This document shows positions 8,609 to 18,136 of a DNA stretch of 64,000 nucleotides, piece after piece (position 1 is the first letter of the stretch; each line of letters begins with the position of its first letter). The notes under the pieces are model-generated. The model was not told the origin of the DNA. It did no database searches and saw only the letters and a program-made list of their open reading frames with translations. The position numbers and the translations under genes were made by a program. Origin of the DNA: Clostridia bacterium (GTDB lineage: Bacteria; Bacillota; Clostridia; Oscillospirales; CAG-272); assembly GCA_017467085.1 (NCBI GenBank), contig JAFTSW010000059.1, positions 1,604 to 65,603 of the forward strand, given 5' to 3'.

Positions 8609-9940
8609 ATGAAAAAGCTTTCTTTTATTCTTTTAATGGCACTTTTATGCGTTTTCCTCTTATCCTCCTGCGGCGGAATGCGGGAAGGCGTGTATTTTTT
8701 GAATTTTAAGCCCGAAAGCGCGGCGGCATATAATGAGATTGCCGCAGCCTACAAAAACGAAACAGGGCGCTCCTTGCGCGTTGTGACGGCAGCCTCGGGC
8801 ACCTATGAGCAGACCTTGAAGTCCGAAATCGGTAAAACCGACGCACCCGTCATCTTCCAGATTAACGGACCCGTCGGCTATGCCGCCTGGAAGGATTATT
8901 GCCTGGATTTGAAGGGAACAAAGCTCTATGAGCATCTCTCGGACAAAAGCATGGCTATTCGTGACGGAGAGGGTGTTTACGGCATCCCTTACGTGGTGGA
9001 GGGATACGGCATCATTTATAACAAACGGATTTTAGATGCGTATTTTGCTTTGCCCAACCGCGCTACCAATTTCCAATCGGTAGACGAGGTGAATAGCTTT
9101 ATTAAGCTCAAGGCGTTGGTAGAGGATATGACGGCGCATAAGGCAGAGCTTGGCATTGACGGCGTTTTTGCTGTCACGTCCCTGCAATCGGGCGAGGATT
9201 GGCGCTGGCAAACCCACCTGGCAAACCTGCCAATCTACTATGAATTTTTGGATAAAGAGGTAGACCTTGGCAACAAGAACGACTATAAAGAGATTGCCTT
9301 TTCCTATGCCGACAGATATAAGGCTATATTTGATTTGTACCTGAACAACTCCACAACTGACCCCAAATTACTCGGTAGCAAGCAGGTTGCCGATTCTATG
9401 GCAGAATTTGCCCTTGGAAAGTGCGCTATGGTGCAAAACGGTAACTGGGCGTATGCGCAGATAGCGGATGTGGCAGGGAACACGGTAAAGCCTGAGGAGG
9501 TTGGCTTTATGCCTATCTATATCGGCGTATCCGAGGAGGAGTCCCAGGGGCTTTGTATCGGTACTGAAAATTACTTTGCCATCAATAAAAACGCCTCTCC
9601 CGAGCAGCAGGCAGAGGGGATTGCCTTTTTGGAATGGTTGTTTACCAGCGAAACGGGCAAACGGTACGTGACCGAAAAATTAGACTTTATCGCTCCCTTT
9701 GATACCTTTGACGAAAACGAGGGCCCCACCGACCCTCTCGGCAAAGAGGTCAGCGAATGGCTGAACAGGGAAGAGAACTATAGTGTTCCCTGGGTGTTCA
9801 CGGTTTTCCCCGGGCAGGGCTTCAAAAACGATTTTGGCGCCGCTCTTTTGCAATACGCCCAAGGTAATAAGACCTGGGAGGAGGTAAAGGCAGTATTTAT
9901 CAACCGCTGGAAAGAGGAACAGGCTTCTGCCCTGCAATAA
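8609..9940 (+). CDS. carbohydrate ABC transporter substrate-binding lipoprotein
   Basis: MKKLSFILLMALLCVFLLSSCGG lipobox. Family-1 solute-binding protein length and blocks. Followed by two BPD-type permeases. Confidence 0.9.
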   Translation: MKKLSFILLMALLCVFLLSSCGGMREGVYFLNFKPESAAAYNEIAAAYKNETGRSLRVVTAASGTYEQTLKSEIGKTDAPVIFQINGPVGYAAWKDYCLDLKGTKLYEHLSDKSMAIRDGEGVYGIPYVVEGYGIIYNKRILDAYFALPNRATNFQSVDEVNSFIKLKALVEDMTAHKAELGIDGVFAVTSLQSGEDWRWQTHLANLPIYYEFLDKEVDLGNKNDYKEIAFSYADRYKAIFDLYLNNSTTDPKLLGSKQVADSMAEFALGKCAMVQNGNWAYAQIADVAGNTVKPEEVGFMPIYIGVSEEESQGLCIGTENYFAINKNASPEQQAEGIAFLEWLFTSETGKRYVTEKLDFIAPFDTFDENEGPTDPLGKEVSEWLNREENYSVPWVFTVFPGQGFKNDFGAALLQYAQGNKTWEEVKAVFINRWKEEQASALQ

Positions 9941-9952
9941 AGAGGTGTTTTT

Positions 9953-10798
9953 ATGCACAAGGCATTGAAAAAATACTTTCCCGTTTTTGTCTTTCCAACC
10001 TTGATTCCCTTTGTAATTTCCTTTCTGATACCCGTTGTGATGGGAATTTACCTGTCCTTTACCAAGTTCACAACCGTTTCCAATGCTACCTTTGTGGGAT
10101 TGGAAAACTACAAGCAGTTATTTTCGTCGGGCGATAATTTTCTCCACGCTCTGTGGTTCACCGTCCGTTTTACCGTTGTCAGCACCCTGACGGTGAACCT
10201 CTTCGCCTTCGCCCTTGCCTTACTATTGACCAAGGGCCTTCCCGGAACCAATTTCTTCCGTACCGTGTTTTTTATGCCCAACCTGATAGGCGGCATCGTG
10301 CTTGGATATATCTGGCAGCTCATTATAAACGGCCTGCTTTCGGGGCTTGGGGTGGATATCACCTATTCGGCAAGCTACGGCTTTGGGGGAATGATTCTTT
10401 TAACCAACTGGCAGCTTATCGGCTATATGATGATTATTTATATAGCGGCACTGCAAAACATTCCCAGGGAAATGAAGGAGGTTGCCGCCATTGACGGCGC
10501 AAACGCCTGGCAATCTCTGCGGCACATTACCTTGCCGCTTGTGATGCCTGCCGTTACCATTTGCTTCTTTTTGACCTTGACCAACTCCTTCAAAATGTTT
10601 GACCAGAACTACGCCTTGACAGGCGGCGCCCCCGGGCGGCAGACCTCTATGCTGGCGCTTGACATCTTCCAGACCTTTTACGGAAGTGTCGGAAGCGAGG
10701 GCGTCGGGCAAGCCAAGGCGGTGGTGTTCTTTATCTTGGTTGCCATTATGGCAGGAGTACAGCTATATTTCACAAGGCGACGGGAGGTGGATGCATGA
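9953..10798 (+). CDS. carbohydrate ABC transporter permease (MalF/UgpA-like)
   Basis: 281 aa with six hydrophobic segments and an EAA-type loop (AAIDGANAWQSLRHITLPL). Confidence 0.9.
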   Translation: MHKALKKYFPVFVFPTLIPFVISFLIPVVMGIYLSFTKFTTVSNATFVGLENYKQLFSSGDNFLHALWFTVRFTVVSTLTVNLFAFALALLLTKGLPGTNFFRTVFFMPNLIGGIVLGYIWQLIINGLLSGLGVDITYSASYGFGGMILLTNWQLIGYMMIIYIAALQNIPREMKEVAAIDGANAWQSLRHITLPLVMPAVTICFFLTLTNSFKMFDQNYALTGGAPGRQTSMLALDIFQTFYGSVGSEGVGQAKAVVFFILVAIMAGVQLYFTRRREVDA

Positions 10799-11634
10799 CA
10801 CACGTACGGGGGAAAATAACAACGGTAGCCACTATTGCTTTTTTAAGCCTTTTATGCCTTTTGTTTGTGCTGCCTATCTTTATTGTTCTGTTTAACTCCT
10901 TCAAGGGGCAGTTCTTTATTGCAAACGCCCCCTTTGCGTTGCCAAACACGGATACCTTTGTCGGGCTTTTGAACTACAAAAACGGCATTGCGAAAATCGG
11001 CTTTTTTAGTGCCTTTGGGTATTCCTTGCTGATTACGGTGCTTTCGGTTTTCGGGATTCTTCTGACCGCCTCTATGACCGCCTGGTACGTGACCAGAGTA
11101 CGTGGCAGGGGCGTTAAGGCTCTTTACTACGCCTTGGTTTTCAGTATGATTGTACCGTTCCAGATGGTGATGTTTACGATGTCCAGGGTCGCAAACCTTT
11201 TGCACCTCGAAAATCCGTTAGGCATTGTTGTTTTATATATCGGATTTGGCGCCGGGATGTCCGTTTTTATGTTCAGCGGATTCGTGCGCGGTATTCCCGT
11301 TGCCTTAGAGGAGGCGGCGGAAATTGACGGCTGTAACCCCATTAAAACCTTCTTTTACGTGGTTTTTCCGCTGTTGAAGCCTACCGCCATCATGATTGCG
11401 ATATTAAATGCAATGTGGATTTGGAACGATTATTTGCTGCCGTATCTCGTTATCGGCAGTCAGTATAGGACTATTCCCGTGGCGGTGCAATATTTGCAGG
11501 GCGGCTATGGCTCCCGCGATATGGGCGCCTTGATGGCGATGCTGATTCTTGCCATCATTCCTATTATTATCTTTTACGCATTTTCTCAAAAGAGCATTAT
11601 CAGCGGCGTTGTAGCAGGCGCCGTCAAGGGATAA
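10795..11634 (+). CDS. carbohydrate ABC transporter permease (MalG/UgpE-like)
   Basis: ATGA start/stop overlap with the upstream permease. EAA loop EAAEIDGCNPIKTFFYVVFPLLKP. Confidence 0.9.
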   Translation: MTHVRGKITTVATIAFLSLLCLLFVLPIFIVLFNSFKGQFFIANAPFALPNTDTFVGLLNYKNGIAKIGFFSAFGYSLLITVLSVFGILLTASMTAWYVTRVRGRGVKALYYALVFSMIVPFQMVMFTMSRVANLLHLENPLGIVVLYIGFGAGMSVFMFSGFVRGIPVALEEAAEIDGCNPIKTFFYVVFPLLKPTAIMIAILNAMWIWNDYLLPYLVIGSQYRTIPVAVQYLQGGYGSRDMGALMAMLILAIIPIIIFYAFSQKSIISGVVAGAVKG

Positions 11635-11637
11635 AAA

Positions 11638-11681
11638 ATACCCTTACGCAGTCGGGAAGGCCCGAGCGTAAGGGTATTTTC
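11638..11681. terminator. bidirectional terminator between convergent genes
   Basis: 12-bp stem ATACCCTTACGC / GCGTAAGGGTAT, with an A-run upstream and a T-rich run downstream. Confidence 0.75.
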
Positions 11682-11691
11682 TTGTTTGAGC

Positions 11692-12675
11692 TTAAATCGT
11701 GGTTAAAAGGCAAACGATAGGCATCGAAATGACGCACAAAATAGAGGTAACCGATACAATCAGCCCCGCATATTCGGAATCACCGTCAAATTTTTCGGAA
11801 AACATGCAGGTTGCCGTAGCGGCGGGAGCAGATACAGAAATTAGCAATACAGACATCGTCAAGGGGTCGTTATAGATACCGACAAGCGCCAAAACCTTCA
11901 AAACGCCCCAGACAACCGCAGGCAGAATGAAAAGTGAGAGTACAATCTGGATATAAAGGTATTTATCCTTCAAGGCAGAGAGTAAGCGCACATTGACCAA
12001 GCGGAAGCCAATAATAAACATTGCCAAGGGAGCCACCAGCGCCTTTAAGCCGTCAATGAGAGAGGGAATAATGCCGCCGTTTCGCACGTAGGGGATAATG
12101 ATATTATCCCTCGTTGCAGGAATAGCGGAGAGCGCCAGAATAACGATACCTACCAGGGTGGAGAGAGTTGCGGGGTTCAAAATCATCTTTTTAACGGAGA
12201 TATATTCCTTGTTGTCTGTGTAAAGGTATGCGCCTAAGGACCAAAGCAGGATATTGAAGCCCGTTACGTAAATGGCGGCATAAATGGCGATTTCGGGATG
12301 GATTTCCTCAAAAATGGCGCAGAGAAGTGGGATACCCATATAGCCTGCATTGGTAAATACGGTAGAGAAAATCAAAACACGCCGCTTTTGTATTTCCGCA
12401 TTTTTGAAAACGAGCTTGGAAACAAAGAAAAACAGCAGCTGAGAGAAAAGCCCCAGAATAAAAACAGCAAGCATGCGAAGAAGGATTTCGCCCGTCACGT
12501 CAACGGACGTAAAGCCTGCAATAATAAGGGCTGGCTGAGCGGCGTACAGAATAAGGTTGGAAATACTTTTTCCGAACTCCTCTCCCACAAGCCCGGATTT
12601 TTTCAATAAAATACCGGGGATAATCATCAAAACCAGGACGCAAACCTGCTCGAACAATATGCGAATATCTATCAT
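11692..12675 (-). CDS. AEC-family (auxin efflux carrier / malate permease-like) transporter
   Basis: 327 aa polytopic membrane protein. N-terminus MIDIRILFEQVCVLVLMIIPGILLKKSG is typical of AEC family members. Confidence 0.8.
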   Translation of the reverse strand: MIDIRILFEQVCVLVLMIIPGILLKKSGLVGEEFGKSISNLILYAAQPALIIAGFTSVDVTGEILLRMLAVFILGLFSQLLFFFVSKLVFKNAEIQKRRVLIFSTVFTNAGYMGIPLLCAIFEEIHPEIAIYAAIYVTGFNILLWSLGAYLYTDNKEYISVKKMILNPATLSTLVGIVILALSAIPATRDNIIIPYVRNGGIIPSLIDGLKALVAPLAMFIIGFRLVNVRLLSALKDKYLYIQIVLSLFILPAVVWGVLKVLALVGIYNDPLTMSVLLISVSAPAATATCMFSEKFDGDSEYAGLIVSVTSILCVISMPIVCLLTTI

Positions 12676-12710
12676 GATGGATAAGCTCCTTTCAGAATGC
12701 TTGCAGCCGC

Positions 12711-13490
12711 TTAACGGCGATTTTGCTTGGCAATTTCATATGCCAGAATGGTGGTAGCGGAGGCAGCAGAAAGGGAAGCGTGAAAATCACTTCTGCCGTA
12801 GCTTATTGCCACGATTTTGTCTGCTTTTTTCATGACCTTGGCGGAAATTCCTCGTTTTTCACCGCCTACAATCAGCAAAATCGGGTACGAAAAAGCGGTG
12901 TTTTCCAGGGTGTCGCGCGTGTCTGCATCGGCGCAAACCACCGTATAGCCCCGTTCCTTGAAGAAATCGGCAGCAATCTCCGCCTCGGCACGGTAAAAGG
13001 CAAGCATTTCCGATGCTCCTGCCGAGGAGCGCGCCACAACGCCTGCCGCGGAAAGCCAGTTTCGTTCGGGCAAAATAACGCCGTCAACCCCCAAGGCGTA
13101 AAGCGAGCGGAGGGCGTATCCGAAGTTATAAGGGTCCTCGATACCTTCTATCATCACGTAAAAGCCACAGGGGGACAGCGCACCTGCATCCTTCAAGAAG
13201 GGAATTTGCCGTTCCGTACATTCGGCGATGATACCGCCGTGAGAGCTACCGATGCTCAAGGCGTCAATCTCTGCCTCGGTGCAAGGAACAACTGAGAAGC
13301 CCTGGCGCTCGCCCTCGTGGGTTAAAAAGGCAATTTCCTTGTAAATTTTACTTTTTCTTTCGCTATTATACAAAATTCTACATATTTTACGGTTATTACA
13401 GCCGTTTTTTTGTCCCTCTAAGAGAGAACGGATGGATACCATTCCTTCTAATAGCGTAGATGGGACAAATTTATTGTCTTCTTTTTGCAT
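12711..13490 (-). CDS. TrmH/SpoU-family RNA 2'-O-methyltransferase
   Basis: Starts at the internal ATG 13490 (MQKEDNKF...). SpoU motifs: IEDPYNFGYALRSLYALGVDGVIL, LLIVGGEKRGIS, LSAASATTILAYEI. The upstream part of the ORF-track call overlaps spoIIID antisense. Confidence 0.85.
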   Translation of the reverse strand: MQKEDNKFVPSTLLEGMVSIRSLLEGQKNGCNNRKICRILYNSERKSKIYKEIAFLTHEGERQGFSVVPCTEAEIDALSIGSSHGGIIAECTERQIPFLKDAGALSPCGFYVMIEGIEDPYNFGYALRSLYALGVDGVILPERNWLSAAGVVARSSAGASEMLAFYRAEAEIAADFFKERGYTVVCADADTRDTLENTAFSYPILLIVGGEKRGISAKVMKKADKIVAISYGRSDFHASLSAASATTILAYEIAKQNRR

Positions 13491-13581
13491 GGTTATGATA
13501 AACCTTTCATATATTGGTATAAAACAGCGCATGAGCCCAAGCAAAGCGCTGATGTGGGTCGAAGAAAGAAAGGAAACGATT

Positions 13582-13848
13582 ATGAAGGCATACGCAACTA
13601 AAGAACGGTGCGAGGTTCTGGGGGAGTATCTGGTAGAAAACCGTGCCACCGTTCGCCATGTAGCGCTCCATTTTTCCATTAGCAAAAGCACCGTACATAA
13701 GGACGTCACCGAAAAGCTCGAAAAAACCAATCCCGGACTGTACGTATTGGTCAAGGAGGTTTTGGAGCAAAACAAGTCCGAGCGTCATTTGCGCGGCGGC
13801 GAAGCCACGCGCCAAAAATATTTGAGCAAGGCAAAGAAAGGTAAGTAA
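13582..13848 (+). CDS. spoIIID: sporulation transcriptional regulator SpoIIID
   Basis: 88 aa from ATG 13582. KERCEVLGEYLVENRATVRHVALHFSISKSTVHKDVTEKL....NKSERHLRGGEAT closely parallels B. subtilis SpoIIID (...VSKSTVHKDLTERL...HLRGGEAT). Confidence 0.93.
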   Translation: MKAYATKERCEVLGEYLVENRATVRHVALHFSISKSTVHKDVTEKLEKTNPGLYVLVKEVLEQNKSERHLRGGEATRQKYLSKAKKGK

Positions 13849-13970
13849 AGGTAGGCGTAAGGTGCTACAAGATTGATACCGTCTTGGACGCCTCTGCAAC
13901 CTCATAAAACTCACCATAAAACATTTTACCGCAAATTGTGACAGAATGCAAGAGAAAAAGAAAAAATTGC

Positions 13971-13999
13971 TTGACTTTGTATTATAAATATGGTATAAT
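13971..13999 (+). promoter_or_regulatory. orphan sigma-A promoter (TTGACT-17-TGgTATAAT) with no gene directly downstream
   Basis: TTGACT at 13971-13976, 17-nt spacer, TGgTATAAT at 13991-13999. The next annotated start is 272 nt away, and a hairpin plus T-run lies about 40 nt downstream. Confidence 0.55.
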
Positions 14000-14037
14000 T
14001 CAAAGCAATGGTACAGACCAAATCCTGTCAAACCTAT

Positions 14038-14063
14038 AAAAACGGCGTTTTCAGCCGTTTTTT
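14038..14063. terminator. small terminator-like hairpin (A5-CGGC / GCCG-T6)
   Basis: AAAAACGGC-gttttca-GCCGTTTTTT. Only 4 G-C pairs plus A-U extension, so weak. Confidence 0.4.
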
Positions 14064-14082
14064 GCCGTTAAACCCCTTCCCT

Positions 14083-14114
14083 CAATTATACAAAATTTGG
14101 ATTTTGTATAATTG
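14083..14114. repeat. perfect 14-bp inverted repeat with a 4-nt spacer
   Basis: CAATTATACAAAAT-ttgg-ATTTTGTATAATTG read directly from the sequence. It contains a TGTATAAT -10-like element on both strands. Confidence 0.9.
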
Positions 14115-14270
14115 GACAATATGAGAAATGGGGTGAATATCGGATGGGATGTGTGCTTCTCTGCCTGGGCTTCCTTCAGAAATTCAGTTTTTTCTTTTTG
14201 CGGAGATTGTCGGCAGCTGCGGTCGGGACTGTTCCTAAAAGTGTTTATTAAAAAGCGGAGGATTTCTAAT

Positions 14271-14687
14271 ATGAAAATGCGTTCCCTTGTTGTTAGTGGA
14301 AAAGGCAAACTGAAGGCTATTGGCGAAATGCTCGCCAAGAATGGCACCTATGCCGCCGACGTTATTCCCCCTGCCTATTCCTGCGACCGCGAAAGACTCG
14401 TGGTTATCACTGCTACTCTTAAATCCAACATGCCCGACTCCTTCAGAAGATTCTGCCAAGAGCTTTCTAAGGACAAGGCGCAGAACGTTGCTTTGATTGT
14501 TGATGGCAACGAAACGGATGCCAAGATGGTTGCCGATTGGATTAAGTCCGCAGGCGCCAACGTTATCGATGAGATTCTGTACTTCCCCGTTAAGGGTCTG
14601 TTTGCCGGCTTCTCCAAGACGCTGACCGCAGAGGAAACCACTATGGTAAACGCCTGGTACGAGAACGTTATCAAGAACCTGGCATAA
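14271..14687 (+). CDS. hypothetical protein (about 139 aa, alternating beta/alpha pattern, possibly flavodoxin-like fold)
   Basis: ATG 14271 is preceded by GCGGAGGA. No motif I recognise. Followed by a strong terminator. Confidence 0.55.
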   Translation: MKMRSLVVSGKGKLKAIGEMLAKNGTYAADVIPPAYSCDRERLVVITATLKSNMPDSFRRFCQELSKDKAQNVALIVDGNETDAKMVADWIKSAGANVIDEILYFPVKGLFAGFSKTLTAEETTMVNAWYENVIKNLA

Positions 14688-14696
14688 GTAGCTATA

Positions 14697-14727
14697 AGAG
14701 AAACGGAGCTTTCCGTTTCTCTTTTTT
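14697..14727 (+). terminator. rho-independent terminator
   Basis: AGAGAAACGGA-gctt-TCCGTTTCTCT followed by TTTTT. Confidence 0.8.
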
Positions 14728-14774
14728 ATTCTTCCCTTTTATGCATAAAGAAAATCAACGTTTATTTATATAAC

Positions 14775-14816
14775 AAAACGCCGAAAATAGCACAAAGCCT
14801 ATTTTCGGCGTTTTTT
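14775..14816. terminator. bidirectional terminator (serves the minus-strand topoisomerase gene)
   Basis: 16-bp stem AAAACGCCGAAAATAG / CTATTTTCGGCGTTTT with an 8-nt loop. Confidence 0.8.
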
Positions 14817-14822
14817 AGGGTA

Positions 14823-17054
14823 TTAAAGCACGATACCGCGCTTTTCAAGCGCTTGTACATCCTTGGGAGTTATGGCACTTCCCATGGAAGGTGTGCGCTT
14901 ATGATAATGCTCGGGCATTTCATAGAATTGTGTGGGCTCTGCCGCTATCACCTTGGATTTGGCGGGCTTTAAGGAAAACACGGTATTTCCCTGTGCGTCA
15001 CGTGCTTGGGTGAAAGAAATATCCTTAAAGGCAACGCAGAGTGCCTTTTTAGCGTCACTACGTAAGACAACCTTCTGTTTTTCGTCCTCTACGTAGAAGG
15101 CACCGATTGCCACCGCGCGCTTAGAATAGGCGCCAACCGTCTTTCTGCGGTTGCCCTTGGTGGCATACACGCCCATCGAGAAGCGCGCCGCCTTTCCGTT
15201 TTCAAAGAAAACAGCAACCTGGTGGTTGGGGTTAATATCCGTAATGGCTTTACAAAAGAGGGGTACTTCCCCTTCGTCCATACCCAAAACCGAGGGCAGA
15301 TATTCCCCAAGAGAGGATGCCTTGGATACCTCGATATCCGAAAGCTTGTAGCGATATGCCTGCGCCTTGTTGGTCAGAACGAACAAGTCCTTTACGTTGT
15401 CCGCATCCTCCTCAAAAATGACGTAGTCGCCTTCCTTCAGCTTCTGCTCGTCATTTCCGCGGAGAGATTGAGCGGTAATCTTCTTGAAATAACCGTGCTT
15501 GGTGGTGACGAGGCGCACCTTGTAGTTTTCGATAAAGTCCTCTTTTTCCAGAACACGCACCTCTTCCGCATTCATAATCTGCGTTTTGCGAGGCTTGCCG
15601 TACTTCTTCTTAATTTCCTTCAGCTGCTCAATGATAAGCTCCTTGATTTTCAGCTCATCTGCCAAAACACTCTCTAAATGCTCGATTTCCTTCTGGATGT
15701 TCTCAAGCTCCTTGATGCGGTTGGTGATGTATTCTCTGTTCAAATGGCGGAGCTTGATTTCCGCAATATGCTCTGCCTGGATTTCCGAAAGGTCAAAGCC
15801 CTTCATCAGGTTGGGCACAACGTCTGCCTCATTGGGAGTGGAGCGGATAATGGCAATTGCCTTATCAATGTCCAAAAGAATGGCAGAAAGACCAAGCAGT
15901 AGGTGCAGCTTCGCTCTCTTCTTTTCCAAGTCATACGCAAGCTCACGGCGCAAGCACCCGATACGGAAATCAATCCAGGCGTTCAGAATGTCTATAACAC
16001 CCATCTGACGGGGCGTTCCGTTTACTAAAATATTGAAGTTGCAGTCAAAATTCTTCTGCAAGTCCGTCATTACGTACAGCATATCCATAATCTTGTCCGC
16101 AGAAGCGCCTTTTTTCAAATCCAAGGACAAGCGGAAGCCGTTAAGGTCAATGGCGTCGCGGTAGTCAACAATATCCTTGATTTTGCCGTTTTTCACCAGC
16201 TCGCCAATCTTCTTCAGGATATTCTCGATGCAGGAGGAATACGGAATTTGTAAAATATCAATACAGTTCTGTACAGGGTCATATTGATATCTGGCACGCA
16301 GTGTGATACTGCCAACGCCCGTGGAATAAATTTCGCGGAGCTGTTCTCTGTTATACAGCATCGTGGCACCGCCGGGGAAATCGGGACCCTTAATATAATC
16401 CATCATTTTGTCCACGGAAAGCTTGGGATTTTTCAAAAGAGCGATGGTGCCGTCGCACACCTCTGCCAAATTAAAGGAGCAGATATTACAAGCCATACCA
16501 ACGGCAATTCCCAGGTTGGAGGAAACCAAAATGTTGGGAAAGGTGGTGGGCAAAAGGGTGGGCTCAGTGGTGGTATTATCGTAGTTTGGCACCATATCCA
16601 CCGCATCCTTGTCAATGCCCGAGAAAAGCTCAGCGCAGAAGGAGTCAAGCTTCACCTCGGTATAACGGGCGGCGGCATACGCCATATCACGGGAATATTG
16701 CTTGCCAAAGCTCCCCTTCGAGTCTATAAAGGGGTGCAAGAGCGCTTCGTTACCCCGGGTCATACGCACCAGCGTTTCGTAAATTGCGGCATCACCGTGG
16801 GGGTTCAAGCGCATGGTTTGTCCCACCACGTTGGCGCTCTTGGTACGGGGGCCGGACAAAAGCCCCATCGTGTACATTGTGTACAGCAGCTTTCTATGCG
16901 AAGGCTTGAAGCCGTCAATTTCGGGCAACGCACGGGAGATAATCACGCTCATTACGTAGGGCATATAGTTTTTTTCTATGGTGTCTGTAATCAGCTGTGG
17001 GGTCGCTTCCGCCTCCTCGTAGGTTACCACGGCGCTTTTTTTCTTTTTTGCCAT
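14823..17054 (-). CDS. type IIA topoisomerase subunit A (ParC/GyrA-like paralogue)
   Basis: 743 aa. YMPYVMSVIISRALPEIDGFKPSHRKLLYTMY, NPHGDAAIYETLVRM, active-site region AAARYTE. No B-subunit gene is adjacent. Confidence 0.9.
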   Translation of the reverse strand: MAKKKKSAVVTYEEAEATPQLITDTIEKNYMPYVMSVIISRALPEIDGFKPSHRKLLYTMYTMGLLSGPRTKSANVVGQTMRLNPHGDAAIYETLVRMTRGNEALLHPFIDSKGSFGKQYSRDMAYAAARYTEVKLDSFCAELFSGIDKDAVDMVPNYDNTTTEPTLLPTTFPNILVSSNLGIAVGMACNICSFNLAEVCDGTIALLKNPKLSVDKMMDYIKGPDFPGGATMLYNREQLREIYSTGVGSITLRARYQYDPVQNCIDILQIPYSSCIENILKKIGELVKNGKIKDIVDYRDAIDLNGFRLSLDLKKGASADKIMDMLYVMTDLQKNFDCNFNILVNGTPRQMGVIDILNAWIDFRIGCLRRELAYDLEKKRAKLHLLLGLSAILLDIDKAIAIIRSTPNEADVVPNLMKGFDLSEIQAEHIAEIKLRHLNREYITNRIKELENIQKEIEHLESVLADELKIKELIIEQLKEIKKKYGKPRKTQIMNAEEVRVLEKEDFIENYKVRLVTTKHGYFKKITAQSLRGNDEQKLKEGDYVIFEEDADNVKDLFVLTNKAQAYRYKLSDIEVSKASSLGEYLPSVLGMDEGEVPLFCKAITDINPNHQVAVFFENGKAARFSMGVYATKGNRRKTVGAYSKRAVAIGAFYVEDEKQKVVLRSDAKKALCVAFKDISFTQARDAQGNTVFSLKPAKSKVIAAEPTQFYEMPEHYHKRTPSMGSAITPKDVQALEKRGIVL

Positions 17055-17075
17055 TTTTTCTATCCTGTTCTTGAT

Positions 17076-18125
17076 TTATAGAGATATAATCTGATGGGCA
17101 GCCGCCCGAATCATACGGTTGTAGAGTGCCAAACCTAAGCCCTCCGTCTTGGGCAAGGGGGCGTATATCACGTCAAAGCCCTCTTTGTCCGTATCGCGCA
17201 AAATGCGGAAAAGCACCTGCGCCTGTGCTTGGGTATCCTGTTCCTTACCAATAAAAAGCAGCTTCACGGGAAGTGCCGAAAGCGCCTCCCCTTCTTCGTC
17301 ATAACAAAGGTAGGCAATCTTGTTGTTTTTTTGTTCTGCCAAGAATTTTATGCGGCTTTCTGCGGTTCCGTCTAACAAAATGAACTGCGCCTTGGGGGCA
17401 TAATGGCGGTATTTCATACCGGGAGAAAGCACCTTCTCGCCTTCCTTTAACTGCCCAAGAACGGCAGGCGCCACCCGAACTGTTACACCAAGCCGCGTCT
17501 CTAACGCTTCCTTGGTAACGGAGCCGGGGCGAAGCAAGAGCAAGGAGCCGTCCTCCTCAGGCTTCACGATAGTGGATTCCACGCCGCACAAGCATTCTCC
17601 CCCGTCAAGTATCATATCGACTCTTCCCCACATATCGTCCTTAGCGTGCAGCGCATTCGTGGGCGAAGGGGAGCCCGACAGGTTAGCAGAGGGCGCCGCA
17701 ATCGGCACCCCCGACGCCTCTATCAAGGCGGCGGCAACGGGGTGAGAGGGGCAACGCACCGCCACGGTGTCAAGCCCTGCCGTAACCGTACGGGGGAGAT
17801 TGTCCTTAGCGGCTAAAATCACCGTTAAGGGCCCCGGCATAAAGGCTTCTGCCAAGCGATAATATAGGGGTGTTGTGTGGGCAAAACCCTCAGCATCCTT
17901 GGGATGGGCAACGTGTACGATTAAGGGATTGTCGGCAGGGCGCCCCTTGGCGGCGTAAATTTTTGCCGCCGCATCCTCAAAAAGCGCATTGGCGCCAAGC
18001 CCGTACACCGTTTCGGTGGGAAAGATGACAAGGCCGCCCGTGCGTATAATATCTGCCGCTTCCTCAACGGCGCTCTGCGCCTGCAGAGGGTCATCGGGAA
18101 GCGCATATTGGTAGCGTGTTTCCAT
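17076..18125 (-). CDS. tsaC: L-threonylcarbamoyladenylate synthase (Sua5/YwlC long form)
   Basis: 349 aa. YrdC-domain blocks GGLVIFPTETVYGLGANA, KGRPADNPLIVHV, SANLSG, plus a Sua5 C-terminal domain. Confidence 0.9.
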   Translation of the reverse strand: METRYQYALPDDPLQAQSAVEEAADIIRTGGLVIFPTETVYGLGANALFEDAAAKIYAAKGRPADNPLIVHVAHPKDAEGFAHTTPLYYRLAEAFMPGPLTVILAAKDNLPRTVTAGLDTVAVRCPSHPVAAALIEASGVPIAAPSANLSGSPSPTNALHAKDDMWGRVDMILDGGECLCGVESTIVKPEEDGSLLLLRPGSVTKEALETRLGVTVRVAPAVLGQLKEGEKVLSPGMKYRHYAPKAQFILLDGTAESRIKFLAEQKNNKIAYLCYDEEGEALSALPVKLLFIGKEQDTQAQAQVLFRILRDTDKEGFDVIYAPLPKTEGLGLALYNRMIRAAAHQIISL

Positions 18126-18136
18126 AGAATAGTCCT

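Noticed and set aside
14120-14175. GCCTGGGC (14163-14170) preceded by GGGGTG/GGATGGG, reminiscent of the 3' pseudoknot strand of ZTP (pfl) riboswitches.
   Set aside because: The conserved 5' sub-domain (GGGUCGUGACUGGCG...CCGGG) is not present, and the downstream gene has no link to purine or folate metabolism. This is most likely a chance 8-mer.
14112-14270. In-frame, stop-free 53-codon extension upstream of the 14271 gene (ORF-track start 14112, TTG).
   Set aside because: There is no RBS at 14112, and the extension overlaps the palindrome. The ATG at 14271 has a strong GCGGAGGA Shine-Dalgarno at ideal spacing.
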